Positions 13,844-26,041 of a stretch of DNA of 64,000 nucleotides are shown in pieces. Source of the DNA: Toensbergia leucococca (lineage: Eukaryota); assembly GCA_022813965.1 (NCBI GenBank), contig JALDZS010000010.1, positions 1-64,000 of the forward strand. The letters are read 5' to 3'. Made by a program: the position numbers and the translations under genes. The notes under the pieces are model-generated. The model had not been told where the DNA came from. It ran no database searches and saw only the letters and a list, made by a program, of their open reading frames with translations. Numbering within the stretch: position 1 is the stretch's first letter; each line of letters begins with the position of its first letter.

Positions 13844-14228
13844 GTTCCGGTGCGAGGGTGCGGGCAGCATGAGGCCGAGAGAGGAAGGGCAGGACGGGAA
13901 TGGGAGTGAGGGCGGATATACTCATATCCGTTATACTGGTCCTCCATGCTGGGTTCACCCTTTCGATGAGAATGGGTTTGGAGGGAAAGGATGTGTGAGA
14001 AATATGGTTGCTTCTTCGGGGAGAGACGTGTAGCTTACGAGCTGTATGTTCATGTTGGAGCCATCGAGCTATTTGTGGGGTTGTAACTGTGTGGTAATCT
14101 TTGGTCAGCGTCGCTACGTTGAGATCCAATGAACGAAGATGCAGATCCATGGCTTATCTTCAGATTAAATCAAGGCCATGCAACGATATATTCGTACAAG
14201 CTATATACAAATCTCGAGCGCTCAACCA

Positions 14229-17200
14229 TCAGACATTGGCGCTGTAAGTCCCCATGCCTCTCCTCCCCCTACTTCTCTTCCTAAGGAATTTTCTCCCCTC
14301 ATCCACCCAGAACACAGTACTCGCAATTCCCGTCAAAAGCAATAAATCCCCTATCCGTAACCCCTCCGTCTGGAAAATCCTCTGCAGAATTGGAACATAA
14401 ACGACGGCCATCTGACCCAATAAGCTACCCCCTACTGCGAAATTGAACATGCGATTGCCAGTCAATCTCATCTCTCCACTTAAAACGCTCTTGCCCTCGC
14501 TACGACAGGTCAGAGCATTGAACATATCGAAGAATACAAAGCAGGTGAAGGTCATAGTGGTGTCGCGGGCGGTGACAATGTGGTCGTGGGACATTTCGCG
14601 GATGTAGATCATGAGGGTGCCGAGCATAATGATGGTGGCGGATGTGAGGACACGTTGGATAAGGGGGCGGGTGAGGACGCGAGCGGTCTTGGAGCGAGGA
14701 GGGCGGGTCATGACGGAGGGATCGACCGGTTCGACGCCTAAGGATTGGGCGGGAGGACCGTCCATTAGGATATCTAAGACAAGGATTAGTACCAAGTCTG
14801 GAGGCGTGAGCTACGACTTGGGGGTTCGTACTTATCCAAAGAATCTGCATCGCATTCAGCGGATTCCTAAAGCCAAGAAATGTGCTGAGGAGGACGAGCG
14901 AAAGCGCTGCAACGCTGGTGCTAAGCTGGAAAGTTAGGAAATTTTGTATGTTATAGAAGATGCCTTTGCCCTCTTCGATGGCGCTCAATATAGTAGAGAA
15001 ATCATCATCCGTGAGAATCATGTCGGCTGCTTCTTTTGCTACATCGGTACCAAGTAACCCCATAGAGATGCCAATGTCTGCTTTTTTCAAAGCAGGAGCG
15101 TCATTGACTCCATCGCCTGTCATGGCGACGACGTCACCACGTGATTGAAGAGCGCGGACAATCTTCATCTTGTGCTCTGGACTTGTCCGAGCGAATATGG
15201 ATGTACTCGACATGGCATTGGCAAGCTCATCGTCTGACATTCGATCCAGTTCGTCGCCCCTCAGTACTGGTCTATGTCCTGCCAATGAACTAGTCCTGGT
15301 CGTATTCAGAGGCATCCCCAGTTTTTTACCGATGGCCAAAGCTGTGGTCTCAGCATCTCCGGTGATCATGATGACCTTGACACCACCCGCCATAAGGCGT
15401 CGAATTGACTTGTCCACGTCTTTTCGAGGTGGATCATTCATACCTACTATACCTGCAAAAACCAATCCCTGGTACGGTTCCTCATTTGCATGCCGACTTG
15501 GTACACGCTCTACTTTCGGCCGTGGTGTACTACTTCGAGTTTGCGGTTGTGTGGATCTTCCCAATCTAGCCGAGTTTCTACATGGACCACTTGCAAACCC
15601 AAGGACTCGGAGACCTTCCTCGGCCATCTTCTCAGCAGCGGCAATGGCAGCCTGTCGCCTGGGCTCGTCGAGGATGATTTCTCTTCCATCTTTCGATAGA
15701 TATGTATCGCATCGTTTGAGGACTTGCTCCAAAGCCCCTTTGATATACGCAAGCTCGGGTCCGCTACTGGGGTCTCTCTTTCCCGAACTAGCGCCGATGA
15801 CCACACCCATCCACTTTCTTTCTGAACTAAATGGAGTTTCCCCTGAACGACTTCCTATACGCTCCCTTATGTCATCTTCGCCAAATGCATCTAGTAAGTC
15901 CAAAATTGCAACGTCTGTTGGTTGACCGACCCAGCGGCTCTTGGCACCAACTAAATTAGGATCATGACTTAACATTGAAGACAGAATAGCTGCAGAGGAC
16001 GCTGTGGCCGGCGAATCAGCATGTGTCTGAGAAAGACGGGCATTATTTGCGATGTTTCCAATTCGCATGATAGTACGTGTGGCTGGGTCAGGGGAAGACG
16101 CCGCAAAATCCCTGTTGACTTCGATAGAAGACGGAGCATCAAAATGCCAGAGCTTAGTCACCGTCATATGGTTGAGCGTTAATGTCCCTATAGAGTGATT
16201 AGCCGGGGACGGAGAGCCATTTGCAGATCCGGACCCTACTGACCCGTTTTGTCGCTGCAGACAACGTTGACCGATCCTAGTGTTTCGACGCTTGGCAGCC
16301 GTCTCACGATTGCGCCATGCTTTGCCATTCTCAAAACTCCTAGGGCAAGCGTTACGGTGACTATTATTGGAAGGCCTTCTGGGATAGCTGCAACAGCCAA
16401 TGACACTCCGATCGTAAACATCTCAAGTAACTGCCTCCCCTGCCATACTCCAACAAGCATGATGAAACCAATCACAGCAAAAGACATGTAACTCAACTCC
16501 TGGCCAAGACGATCCATCGAGAGCTGCAAGGGTGTTCGTGGACTTTCAATTTCTTGCAGTGACGCGGAGATTCCACCAAACTCAGTGTTGGCACCTGTGC
16601 ATATGACTAATCCTCGCCCGTGGCCAGAACGTACCAACGTCCCCATAAATGCAATATTCGTCTGTTCATTGAGCCGAATGTCAGCCCCAACTGTTCCAGC
16701 TGCTGGAGAAGCATATGCTGGAGACGGCGGGCGATCAGAGATGGATTGTCTAGAGTACGCCGAGGGGTGGTCCAGCACCTCGATATGTTTTATTGCAGGC
16801 TCGTTCTCCCCAGTGAGGTTTGATTCGTCAATTGAAAGATCCACAGCGCTTGTAATTCGAAGATCTGCTGGAATCCGATCCCCTGTGGAGAAGAGAACCA
16901 AGTCTCCTGGCACCAATTGCGCTGCAGGCACAGTCGTTGAAGCAGTAGACAATCTAGACTTAGAACTATCCAACATCGGTTCCATCTCGATCCCATTTTG
17001 CACTTCTCTGCCTCTATCGGGCCGATCTGAACGTGATGTGCTATTTGATGTGCCCCTAATCAGATGGGCGTAGTGTGGGACGAGTTTGTTGAGTGACTCT
17101 AGGGACTTCTCGGACCTGTACTCTTGTATGAATCCAACTGTCACGACTATGGTGACTGCGATGGTGATGCTGACTGCGTCGTCTAGGTTTCCCATGAGAT

Positions 17201-17591
17201 ATGATATAACTGCTGAAACTAGCAAGAGCAAAATGAGAGTCTCCTTGAATTGCTTAAGAAACCGGAGCCATAGAGGTTCGGGTTCCTCGTGCGGCAGCTC
17301 GTTCCTGCCATGCTGAAGAAGCCTAGCTTCTGCGTCTGAAGGAGAGAGACCGTGAGACAGGGACGACCCGAGGTGTTGGTTCGTTTCGTCGGGCGTTAGG
17401 AGGGAATATGCAGATGTTCCTAACTGTGAGGGTTCGGTCAGCTTATATGACTGCTTGCTCGACATGACATGGGATCATACCGAGCCTTGGAGAGATGGGC
17501 GCGGCGCTACTGGCTTGGGGGAGGGTACTTGGAGAGTTGAAATTGGATTGTTGAACAAGGGCAGGGCGGAAGGCGTGTGTGAGCTTGACAT
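14229..17591 (-). CDS. PMR1: Golgi Ca2+/Mn2+ P-type ATPase (SPCA/Pmr1), 4 exons
   Basis: [22 protein letters not shown] phosphorylation site, [45 protein letters not shown]. Start ATG at 17591 inferred from a GTATGA...GCTGAC...CAG intron and an upstream in-frame stop. Confidence 0.95.
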
Positions 17592-19680
17592 GATCTCATC
17601 ATCGGTACATGGGGCCGGAAGAGGTCGGCGGCGTCAGAACTTTGATGGAAATGGCGCCGACGGCTGTAGCTGATCGGTTCGAAGAGCTGAGACGTCAAAG
17701 CGTTGCGAGGTTCGGCTCAGAAATCCTATGCGACACCTCTTCGGGGTTGAAGAATACTACGAAAGGCGGAAGTTGTGGATGGTTCAATGTGAAGCAGACG
17801 CCCTTTTTTACCTTATCAAATCGAAACGGTTGTCGTAAATGCAGGTACCTAGGTACCTTATTTGGGCCCAGCGCATGCGGGTTAGCCGCAGCTCAATCAG
17901 GAAAGGCGCAAGACGCCCTCTACCTACTCATATCAAACGTCGATTTGGATCATCTGGACTTCGATTCGATCAAGATATTCACAGCAAATGGTCTGATGGT
18001 AAATCGAAAGAGGTTCATTGCAACATCTTCCTCTCGGTTCTTTCTTGGCTACATAGCAACTTTTTTCATATTCGAAAGACGTAGGCAAAGGATAAGTCCA
18101 TTTATCATCTGACCCATGCCCCTCGTCCTCGTTACTCCGCTCTCCATGTCAATTACGAGTAGCTGGTCTTAAATCTTGACTGGTGCCTCTCGCATTGATA
18201 GTATTCGCAGATATTCCAACGCGAGGCTCATCACATCTAGTGCAAGGGCCACATATTCAATACTTGACAGATCGAGAAGAACGGCTCCCATCCAGAAGCT
18301 CTCCAAGGCCTTCGATAAGAAAAACTAAAGTGTACTCGTCTATGCGTCAGGTACCCTTGCTGCTCCGATGAAGAACATAGGTATTGATGCTTCAATCAAT
18401 TCATGCATTTACCCTGACCACTTGTCTAGCTTGCAAACAATGCGTATGTCGTCGTAAATATAATCATCTATTGATAGTGGTCACTACGTCCATACAAAGG
18501 CCCTCGCCGAAGGCATATTTCAATGCAAAGCTGACAAAATCTTTACATTTTCGAAGGCCAAATTCCTAGTGACCGATATTCTCTCTTTTACGTATTTCTG
18601 GATTCCTAAGGTTCGCTAGATTTTGATATGATTTTCTCTCCTTGTCTAGATTACGGTATTACCTTTGATGGATTTTACTATCTTGACTTAGCTAGCATCT
18701 CCTTCTCATTCCTCTCGCGTCTGGCTTTCCACACCTTCACTAGTCTCAATACTTCCGAATCCTTGTAACATACAGTACCTCCTCGAGACGCTGTATGCAT
18801 AGCGAGGAACCACCAAGTCGCAATCTGGCCATGAATAAGACAAGGGACTAGACGTTATCTCAAGAGTAGTGAAACATGCAGAAACAATCTTTCGGTGAGG
18901 CAAGAGAATACCGGAAAGGTCACTGAATGGATTCTTCCCAAAAATGTAGACAAACGACGAGCAGTTTGCACACGGAAAGAGAGTACGAAATCCCTTTTCG
19001 TACGGGACAGTATCGAGAATGTGACTAGAATCACTACTTAGTAATACCAGCTCTCTAGTGTTCAAATTTTTGAGGACAGGTTTTCTGAAATTTGTTTGCG
19101 GGCTAAAACTCTTGACAATATCAGCTCGATGAAGCAATCCTGCGACTGCATTTTGAGAGTCTCTTCTTCAATCACAATGCATCTATGTCTACTCTTCTAC
19201 TATGTGTTTTTTGAAAGCATGATGGTTATATTGTGGCCATCAGTCTTCTTTTACATGTACCCGCCGTTCAATTACTGTGAATTGATATCGCAAGCCTCCT
19301 AGAGCCTCATCTAAGATATCCATATGTATAAACATAAAAATAGTATGAGAAACCATCGTGAGGCCACGGTCCTCATTATGTGATCGGGTATTACGGCAAT
19401 TAGGTCAAGCTGTAGATGAGTGTGCTAGCCCTGATAGACGAGTTTCTTGGCTCAACTTAGCGAGCTTAGTACTCGGTAGCATCCCAGCCCCTCGCTGTCG
19501 CAGAACGTTTTCCAGTAACACAACACCGTGATAGCCAGCGTCTTGCTCAACGCTTATTGCTGAACACCGCTTTGCATTCACGGCCTCTTTATATTCGATC
19601 TCTCTGGACTTGCAGCTTGCTGAATCCGCTTCTTGCGATAGACGCCCTTCCCTCCTACTCGTACACGTACACATTGAACG

Positions 19681-19703
19681 ACGCGCCGGAATCGCCGACG
19701 CGC
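19681..19703. promoter_or_regulatory. Two MCB-like (ACGCG core) elements upstream of RAD21
   Basis: ACGCGC at 19681 and 19698, 80-100 bp before the RAD21 ATG. MCD1/rad21 is an established MBF (G1/S) target in yeasts. Confidence 0.45.
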
Positions 19704-19782
19704 ATATAGACTGTCTCTTGCTCAGCACGTAAACATTGGCAACAACCTTCCTTCACCATAGGCTTAGCTACTCGGCCTCATC

Positions 19783-21728
19783 ATGTTTTATTCCGAGACC
19801 CTTCTCTCTAAGACAGGACCTCTGGCTCGAGTATGGCTTTCAGCCAACTTAGAAAAAAAGCTGTCTAAGACACACATCCTGCAATCCAACATTGAAAGCA
19901 GCGTCAATGCCATTGTGGACCAAGGCCAGGCACCTATGGCCCTGCGACTGAGCGGCCAGCTGTTATTGGGCGTCGTAAGGATATATAGTCGCAAGGCACG
20001 ATATCTCTTGGATGACTGCAATGAAGCGTTGCTTAAAATCAAGATGGTTTGGTCCCCTCGTAGCCATAATGCTGCACCCTTGCTGACCGCTAGCAGTCAT
20101 TTCGACCAGGCAACAACGACCTACCCGCGAACATCAACATGCCCAATCCAGCGTCACTTACAATTGATTACGGGATTACGGACCCTATGATGTTAATGCC
20201 CGATGAATCCCTTTTCCGCATGAAGCCTTTAGATAACATCGACTTTGGTTTGCAGGATAGTGACCCCATGAACTGGGTAAGCCAGCCATTCTCGGACTCC
20301 ATCAGCATTGAGCAAGGCCGAAACGCCCCAGAAGAGAGGCCCGAATTCGATGACATGGACCTTGATCTAGATCTGAGCCTCGACGATGGTCCGAGTATCG
20401 AGCGGGGAAGAAACCAGCCGGCTCCTCGATCTCTCAAAGATGATTTGATCGGTGATGAAATTAGGTTCCAAGACGATGATGACCTGCAGCTCGACCTTCG
20501 TGATGAAGAACCCTCGCGAACGAATTTTGATACTGCAGAACCTTTGATGCCAGTAGATGGGAACGTCGGGAATAACGACGGAGGAATGATGATTCAAGAC
20601 GACACTGAAAACTTTGCCTTCCCAATAGAAGAAACCGCTCCTCTAAACGCCCCACCCTCCGACCCCAGACTGCAACGGGACTCTCAATCGCCTCTCTCCT
20701 CAGCTCGTTCAAGCGTAGTGCGCAATTTTGACGCAACGAACCTCTCGCACGAAGAAGGAGAAGAAGAAGAAGAAGAAGCGGCCTCCATGCACTACACCCA
20801 GAAAGCCAAAAAGCGCCGCCTCATCCAAGCAGACACGGACACCGTCATACCTTCCAGCCAAATAAAACAGCAACAAGCTGACCGCTCCGCCATCCTCAAA
20901 CCCGCATCCTTTCTCTCCCGCGACCCCACCCTTCTCGCCCTAATGAATATGCAACGCACCGGCGGCTTCGTCTCCAGCATCATGGGCGACGGCCGCGCCA
21001 AAGGTTGGGCCCCAGAGCTCCGCGGCATCCTCTCGATAGAAGTAGTGCGGCAATCCGGGCAACTGAAGCGCAAACGCGACAGTGGCGTCGCTGACCTTGA
21101 AGAAGAGGACGCCCAAGCCCTCGCCTCCACCAACAAGCTCCCTCAGCTCGACCTCCCCACCTCCGAAGACGATTTCGCAGCCCCCATCGACGAAGCCGTC
21201 GCTGGCCTCGGTAATGAAAGCTCCCTACACGACCCCTCTACGATCTTCGACCTCCCCGCCGCCGCCGACAACAACGGCTTCATCCCACAACCCGAAGACG
21301 AAGACCGACAGCAACAACCAACCTCCAACGATGACGACGAGAATGCTCCCCTCCTCGACGATCCATTCGACGACACCACTGCCCCTCTCCTGCACCCTCT
21401 CTCCCAAGGCCCCATCTCCCTCGGCACCCAACACGCCGTGCACCTCCTACGGGCCCGCTTCGGCCCGGCCACCGACACAAACAGCAGCCCTCGCAAAGCA
21501 AACATCCTCTTCCAAGCCATGCTCCCCGAAGCCACAACCAGCAAAGCCGATGCCACGAAGATGTTCTTTGAGGTGCTGGTGCTGGCGACGAAGGATGCCG
21601 TCAAGGTGGAGCAGGGGGAGGGGGACTTGGGGGCGGGTATTAGGATTCGGGGGAAGAGGGGGCTTTGGGGAGAGTGGGCGGAACGGGAGGCTGGGGGAGA
21701 GATCGCCGAAGAGGTGGGGGTTGTCTGA
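19783..21728 (+). CDS. RAD21: Cohesin kleisin subunit Rad21/Scc1/Mcd1
   Basis: [22 protein letters not shown]...[32 protein letters not shown] (Rad21/Rec8 N) and [24 protein letters not shown] (C-terminal winged helix). One intron at about 20047-20095. Confidence 0.96.
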
Positions 21729-22087
21729 GGGGATTGTGTCCCTCTGAGGGATTTTTCTTTTTCATTTTTGCTTCCTTTCTGTTTTCAGGGGCTTGCTTTG
21801 GGTAAAAGGGAGGGCGTTTTGAGATTGGTTGGAGCGGGATTGGGCAATTTTTTTGTTCTTCTTTTGTTGGGTCGCCCCTCTGTCTCGAAAGGGAGATATT
21901 GTCGGGGAGGCTGGAATACTAGCGATACTGTTGCTGTTTTACGATTACTACGGATAGTGGTCATTCCTATATTTATTCAACCCCACCCCGTTTTTCAACT
22001 TTCAACATCCAAGTGCTCGGTAGCAAATCTTCCTCTCAATCCAGCCGAAAAAGCCTTCCATTTCTATTTCAGCAAAAATTTGCAAAA

Positions 22088-24680
22088 TCACCCAAACCAC
22101 CCATCCTCCCTAACCCTCAACCCGAAATTCACGCCCACCGCCCCCACCAGCCCCAAACAAAGCACGCTCGGCCCCAACCAATCATGATACCGCACCGCCC
22201 TCCTTCTCCGAATCATCCGGACGCGCCACAAAAAAAGACCCATGCTATACAGCAGCGCCGCGCAGGCTAGAACGGTAAAACCCCAGGCCGAGGCCAGGGA
22301 GATGGCGTCGCCGAAGTTAAGGAGGGTGGCGGCGATGGAGCCGAGGATGATGGAGAATTCGAGCCAGGAGAGGAAGGTACGTTCGGCGGCGAAGTAGACT
22401 TTTGGTTCGACGCGGACGGGGACGTGGATTCCTGTGGAGGGGGTGGGGTTAATCGAGATTACAGCGGACTTGGGGGGGGGGCCGGTATGGGGAGCTTACG
22501 TTTTCCTTTTGGGGCTTTGAATCTTGTTGCTTCGACTTGGCCCCCCATCACTCCGCTGCTAGCGGGGAGTTGGGTTGGTTTGGGCGCTGGGGTCGCAAAT
22601 TTCAGGGCGTGCAATATGTGATCTTTTGCGAGGATGGCGTGGTGTTTCAGCAGCTTGCCGCGATAGTGCCAACCGCCTATCTGCTTCGCTTCTTCCATGT
22701 CGTCGGCGTCGGCGTCTTCGTCTTCGGAGTCGTAGATGGGGTAATCGTCTGGGTGGGATGCAGGGGCCGCGGCTACGCGCTCTTCGACGTCGAGGGCGTT
22801 TCCTGAGTCATGAGGAAAGTCGCGCGTGCGAGCCATGTCGTAGTTTTCCATTGCGTCGCGGGCCTCTCGGAGTCGGCGCACGCCTTCGTCGTCGGAGTTA
22901 CCGTGCACAAGCCGGTCATTGTATTGATTGCTTTCCTCATTTGTGGGGTCATCGTCGTCAGAATCATCCTCTAGGGGATCGTCGCTGGTGGTGTAGCTTC
23001 CCGTGTTGCCAGGGCGTTCGATACCGAAGCGCCGGGTGACGGGCTTGCGAATATCGACGTCCATTTGGGGCATCCAAAAGGGAAGCAGATTGATACGGGT
23101 AGGAAAGAGGGTTGCAGTACCGTGAATGAATTTGCTGAATTTGGGGACAGCTTCGACGATGTGACTACCTATTAACTCGCGAACCCATTCGGGAGGTTCT
23201 TGGCCAGCCTGAGTTTGGAGTTTGACTTCCAGAACAGCGTAGCGAAAGCGCTCAGCATCTTCGGGAGGGAGTTGGGAGAAAGGAAAATCGATACCGATAT
23301 CCATTCTACGCCAATTCTTACCAGCACGGGTTTTCCCGTCGAGATTGTCTTCCCGGATCATAGTCAGTTCTGTGTCAAGGGAGATTCGGACACGCGCATC
23401 GCCTGGCAATTGAAATGCGGTTCGATTGTAGAAAGATCTTGTAACGGGGACAAATTGCCGTTTGATGACCCTATATTGAATCTCCCGGGCTAATTGTTCG
23501 AGATCTGCGATTTCCTTCTCGCCTTTCTTCTTTTCCCTTCGCATTTTCTCAAACACACTTTCGACAGTCATATTCCCACTGAGAAATGCATTGACGTTCT
23601 TTTCCTTCAGCGAGAAGCGTGCCTTGACCGATTTCTCTCCTGTCCAGTCTTCACGGTGTGTCTTTCTCTCGACAAATATAGTCTCTGTATCCATTCCTCC
23701 ATACCAACGTAGACGAATGGCTTCCGCTCCTTCGGTTTTCTTCAACCGTCCTGTATACAACTCCCAAGTCTCAGGATTGTCATAGTAGATGGACGAGATT
23801 GCTGAGTCCTTGACTTCAAACTCTTTACTGGCATTGAATACCAAGACGGGAAGATGCTATAAAGTAGTAAGTTATCCATTCCCGTAGAGAGCAATTTCAG
23901 TTTACCTTGAGGATTATGAGTTTCAGTTCGGTAATATTGTCCGGATGAACCCAATACTTGGTGGTTTGGCGAACAAAGTTCTGTTGGCCACCTCCTGCGG
24001 AACTATCTCCTGTGATAGGATGGCCCCTCGTTCGAACAAGATCGTAGAGCTTTGACAGCTTGACAATGAAAGCGTCGTAGTTGTCCTTGAAGAACGGCTT
24101 GGCTTTCAACCTAGCAGCGAATACAGGTCTCAGATGCCATGAAGTTTGTTTCTGCATCTGTCAGCTTCTCAAGCACGGGAAAAGGACTTTCTCGTCTTAC
24201 ATCATGCTTCTTGATGATCTTCTGGAAGCCGGTGTAATTCAGCTGGGTGAACTTTGCCAGATCATGTACATCAGCGATTATGTCACTCAGATCCTCTTCT
24301 AAAAGGGTGAAGTCTTCTTCGGTCGGCAGATGGTCTATGATGGCTCCAGCATCCCCGTTCTGACCATTTCTCAGTGGAATCTTGTCGTCCAATCTAGCAA
24401 TAACGCCATTGACTTCCTTCTCGCTGGCTCCAATCCTCCTGACAATTTCTCCGGCTTTGACTCGCTGGAAAGTGAAGACTTTGTCGAGTTCATTTTCAAG
24501 TTTGGCAACGAAGGACTTCTCGTCATCCTCAGTCCAGGCTCTTCTCTTTGGATGGGGATTCTCTAGGGAAGGTTGGCTCTCGTATGGGGTCTGGAGAGCG
24601 TTCTTAAGATCGTCGTAGGAGATGTAGTAGTAATAGTAGTCCTTGATTAGCGAAGTGCGAAGCTGCTGGCCGAAATGCAT
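22088..24680 (-). CDS. VTC4: Vacuolar polyphosphate polymerase Vtc4 (SPX + VTC + transmembrane), 4 exons
   Basis: MHFGQQL SPX start, [50 protein letters not shown]. Last exon translated by hand: [23 protein letters not shown]...REDGWFG* (stop 22088-22090). Confidence 0.96.
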
Positions 24681-24844
24681 CGCGAACGGTAATTGGCGAC
24701 TTTTAATTACATGGGCAGATCAATTGATCATCTTCACCAGCAGTCCTTACTCCGTACAATGAGGCTCAATTAAAGTAGTCTCTAGTATGGAGTTCGCAAA
24801 CTCAATTCCCAGTGACTTTCGCATGCTCTCCACTTTCCTCTAAA

Positions 24845-24853
24845 CCCACGTGC
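24845..24853 (-). promoter_or_regulatory. Pho4/NUC-1/PalcA-type bHLH site (GCACGTGGG) upstream of VTC4
   Basis: CCCACGTGC on plus = GCACGTGGG on the VTC4 strand, about 165 bp upstream of the ATG. Matches the high-affinity Pho4 consensus; VTC genes are established PHO-regulon members. Confidence 0.65.
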
Positions 24854-26041
24854 TTGCTGCCTTTCGAGCGAGTGGTGGAAATGCAAAGGATGGCTTAGCT
24901 AAGGTGGTAATCGCATTATAAGCGACGATTAGGGTTGGGGCTTGCATGAGTTGCATCACTATCTAGACCGCTAAGCCCTTTCAGGCTAGCTGCCGTTGTC
25001 CAGACTCTTTGGGTAAGTAAAGGGGCTGCATGAGACTATGTCTCGGTACTCCGTAGGTTGGAACCCACGCTCTAACATATCATAAGATTTTGAGGAGGAA
25101 GCCGTATTGACCACTGATGGGCAATCTACACTCGAAGAACCAGATCCTGAATGTCCCTGAGACAGCGTGCCGTCCAATCCCAAGTAAAATGGGCGCTGTA
25201 TTAAATGTACTATGCTGTTTATCAAATCGGGGCATTGTCTAGGAAAAGGAAGACAGCTTGAACCTTTTGAGTAGAGCTTATATTTCGGTCAAGGTGTTAA
25301 TAGGGATACACAGCAAGAGGGATAACAGGACCAAATGTGTAGAGACAGATATTCGGGCTTTTTAAAGGAGACAGCTCTTACAATGTGAGAAGAAGGCAGA
25401 CGTGAAACGTGTTGCGCCAAACACAGATCCCGACCCCAAGGTAGCCTTGTCCATGCACAAGCTGTCTCTTCAATAACTGAGTGTTTTTTGCAACGAGGTA
25501 TTGGCGCTGCTGTGATGCACCTAATCGATGTGACGGAAAGTGCAAGAATGTAAGCATGTTGCACCGGCAATGGATCTGGGCTTTGAGAAACAGACCGCCA
25601 AAGAACGCCTTGTAGGGGCATCATGTTGAATGAGAGGTTGTTCATTTCTTGCATGAGTTGAAATTCTTTGAGCCTTTTCCCTGAAATGGAGATGATTTTA
25701 ATAAGCTCGTCTTGTCATGAGAAGACGATGATCAAATCAAGATAGGCATCAACCATAACGAGGATCGAGGACTAGATCCTTCTCATGAGTTGTGGTGAGT
25801 GGTGAAAAAGAGGTCGTTGAAATGTGTTGAGCAATATTATTTGAAACAAAATGGTAAAAAACATGGATAGCCATAGACTCGCCCGAAATTTTGCAGTGTT
25901 TTGAGAAACTGCAATCGGGAGAAACATGTGAGCTGCTCAATAGTAGTGTTGTATGTACGACTCTGGCTCATTACCCACCTATGGCTTTCTTCCGCTGTAC
26001 GTCGCCTCTCATCTCTTCTCCCTACGCTTCTGCCACTTCAA

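Noticed and set aside
18223..18230. Crz1-type CDRE GAGGCTCA upstream of PMR1 (another at 24761-24768 near VTC4)
   Set aside because: Biologically plausible, but the degenerate 8-mer is expected many times by chance in 64 kb; not supportable without conservation data.
18100..19500. ORFs 18706-19137 (-), 19405-19728 (-) and neighbours in the PMR1-RAD21 spacer
   Set aside because: Non-ATG or weak starts, no recognisable motifs and no coherent splice model. Treated as intergenic, though a decayed gene cannot be excluded.
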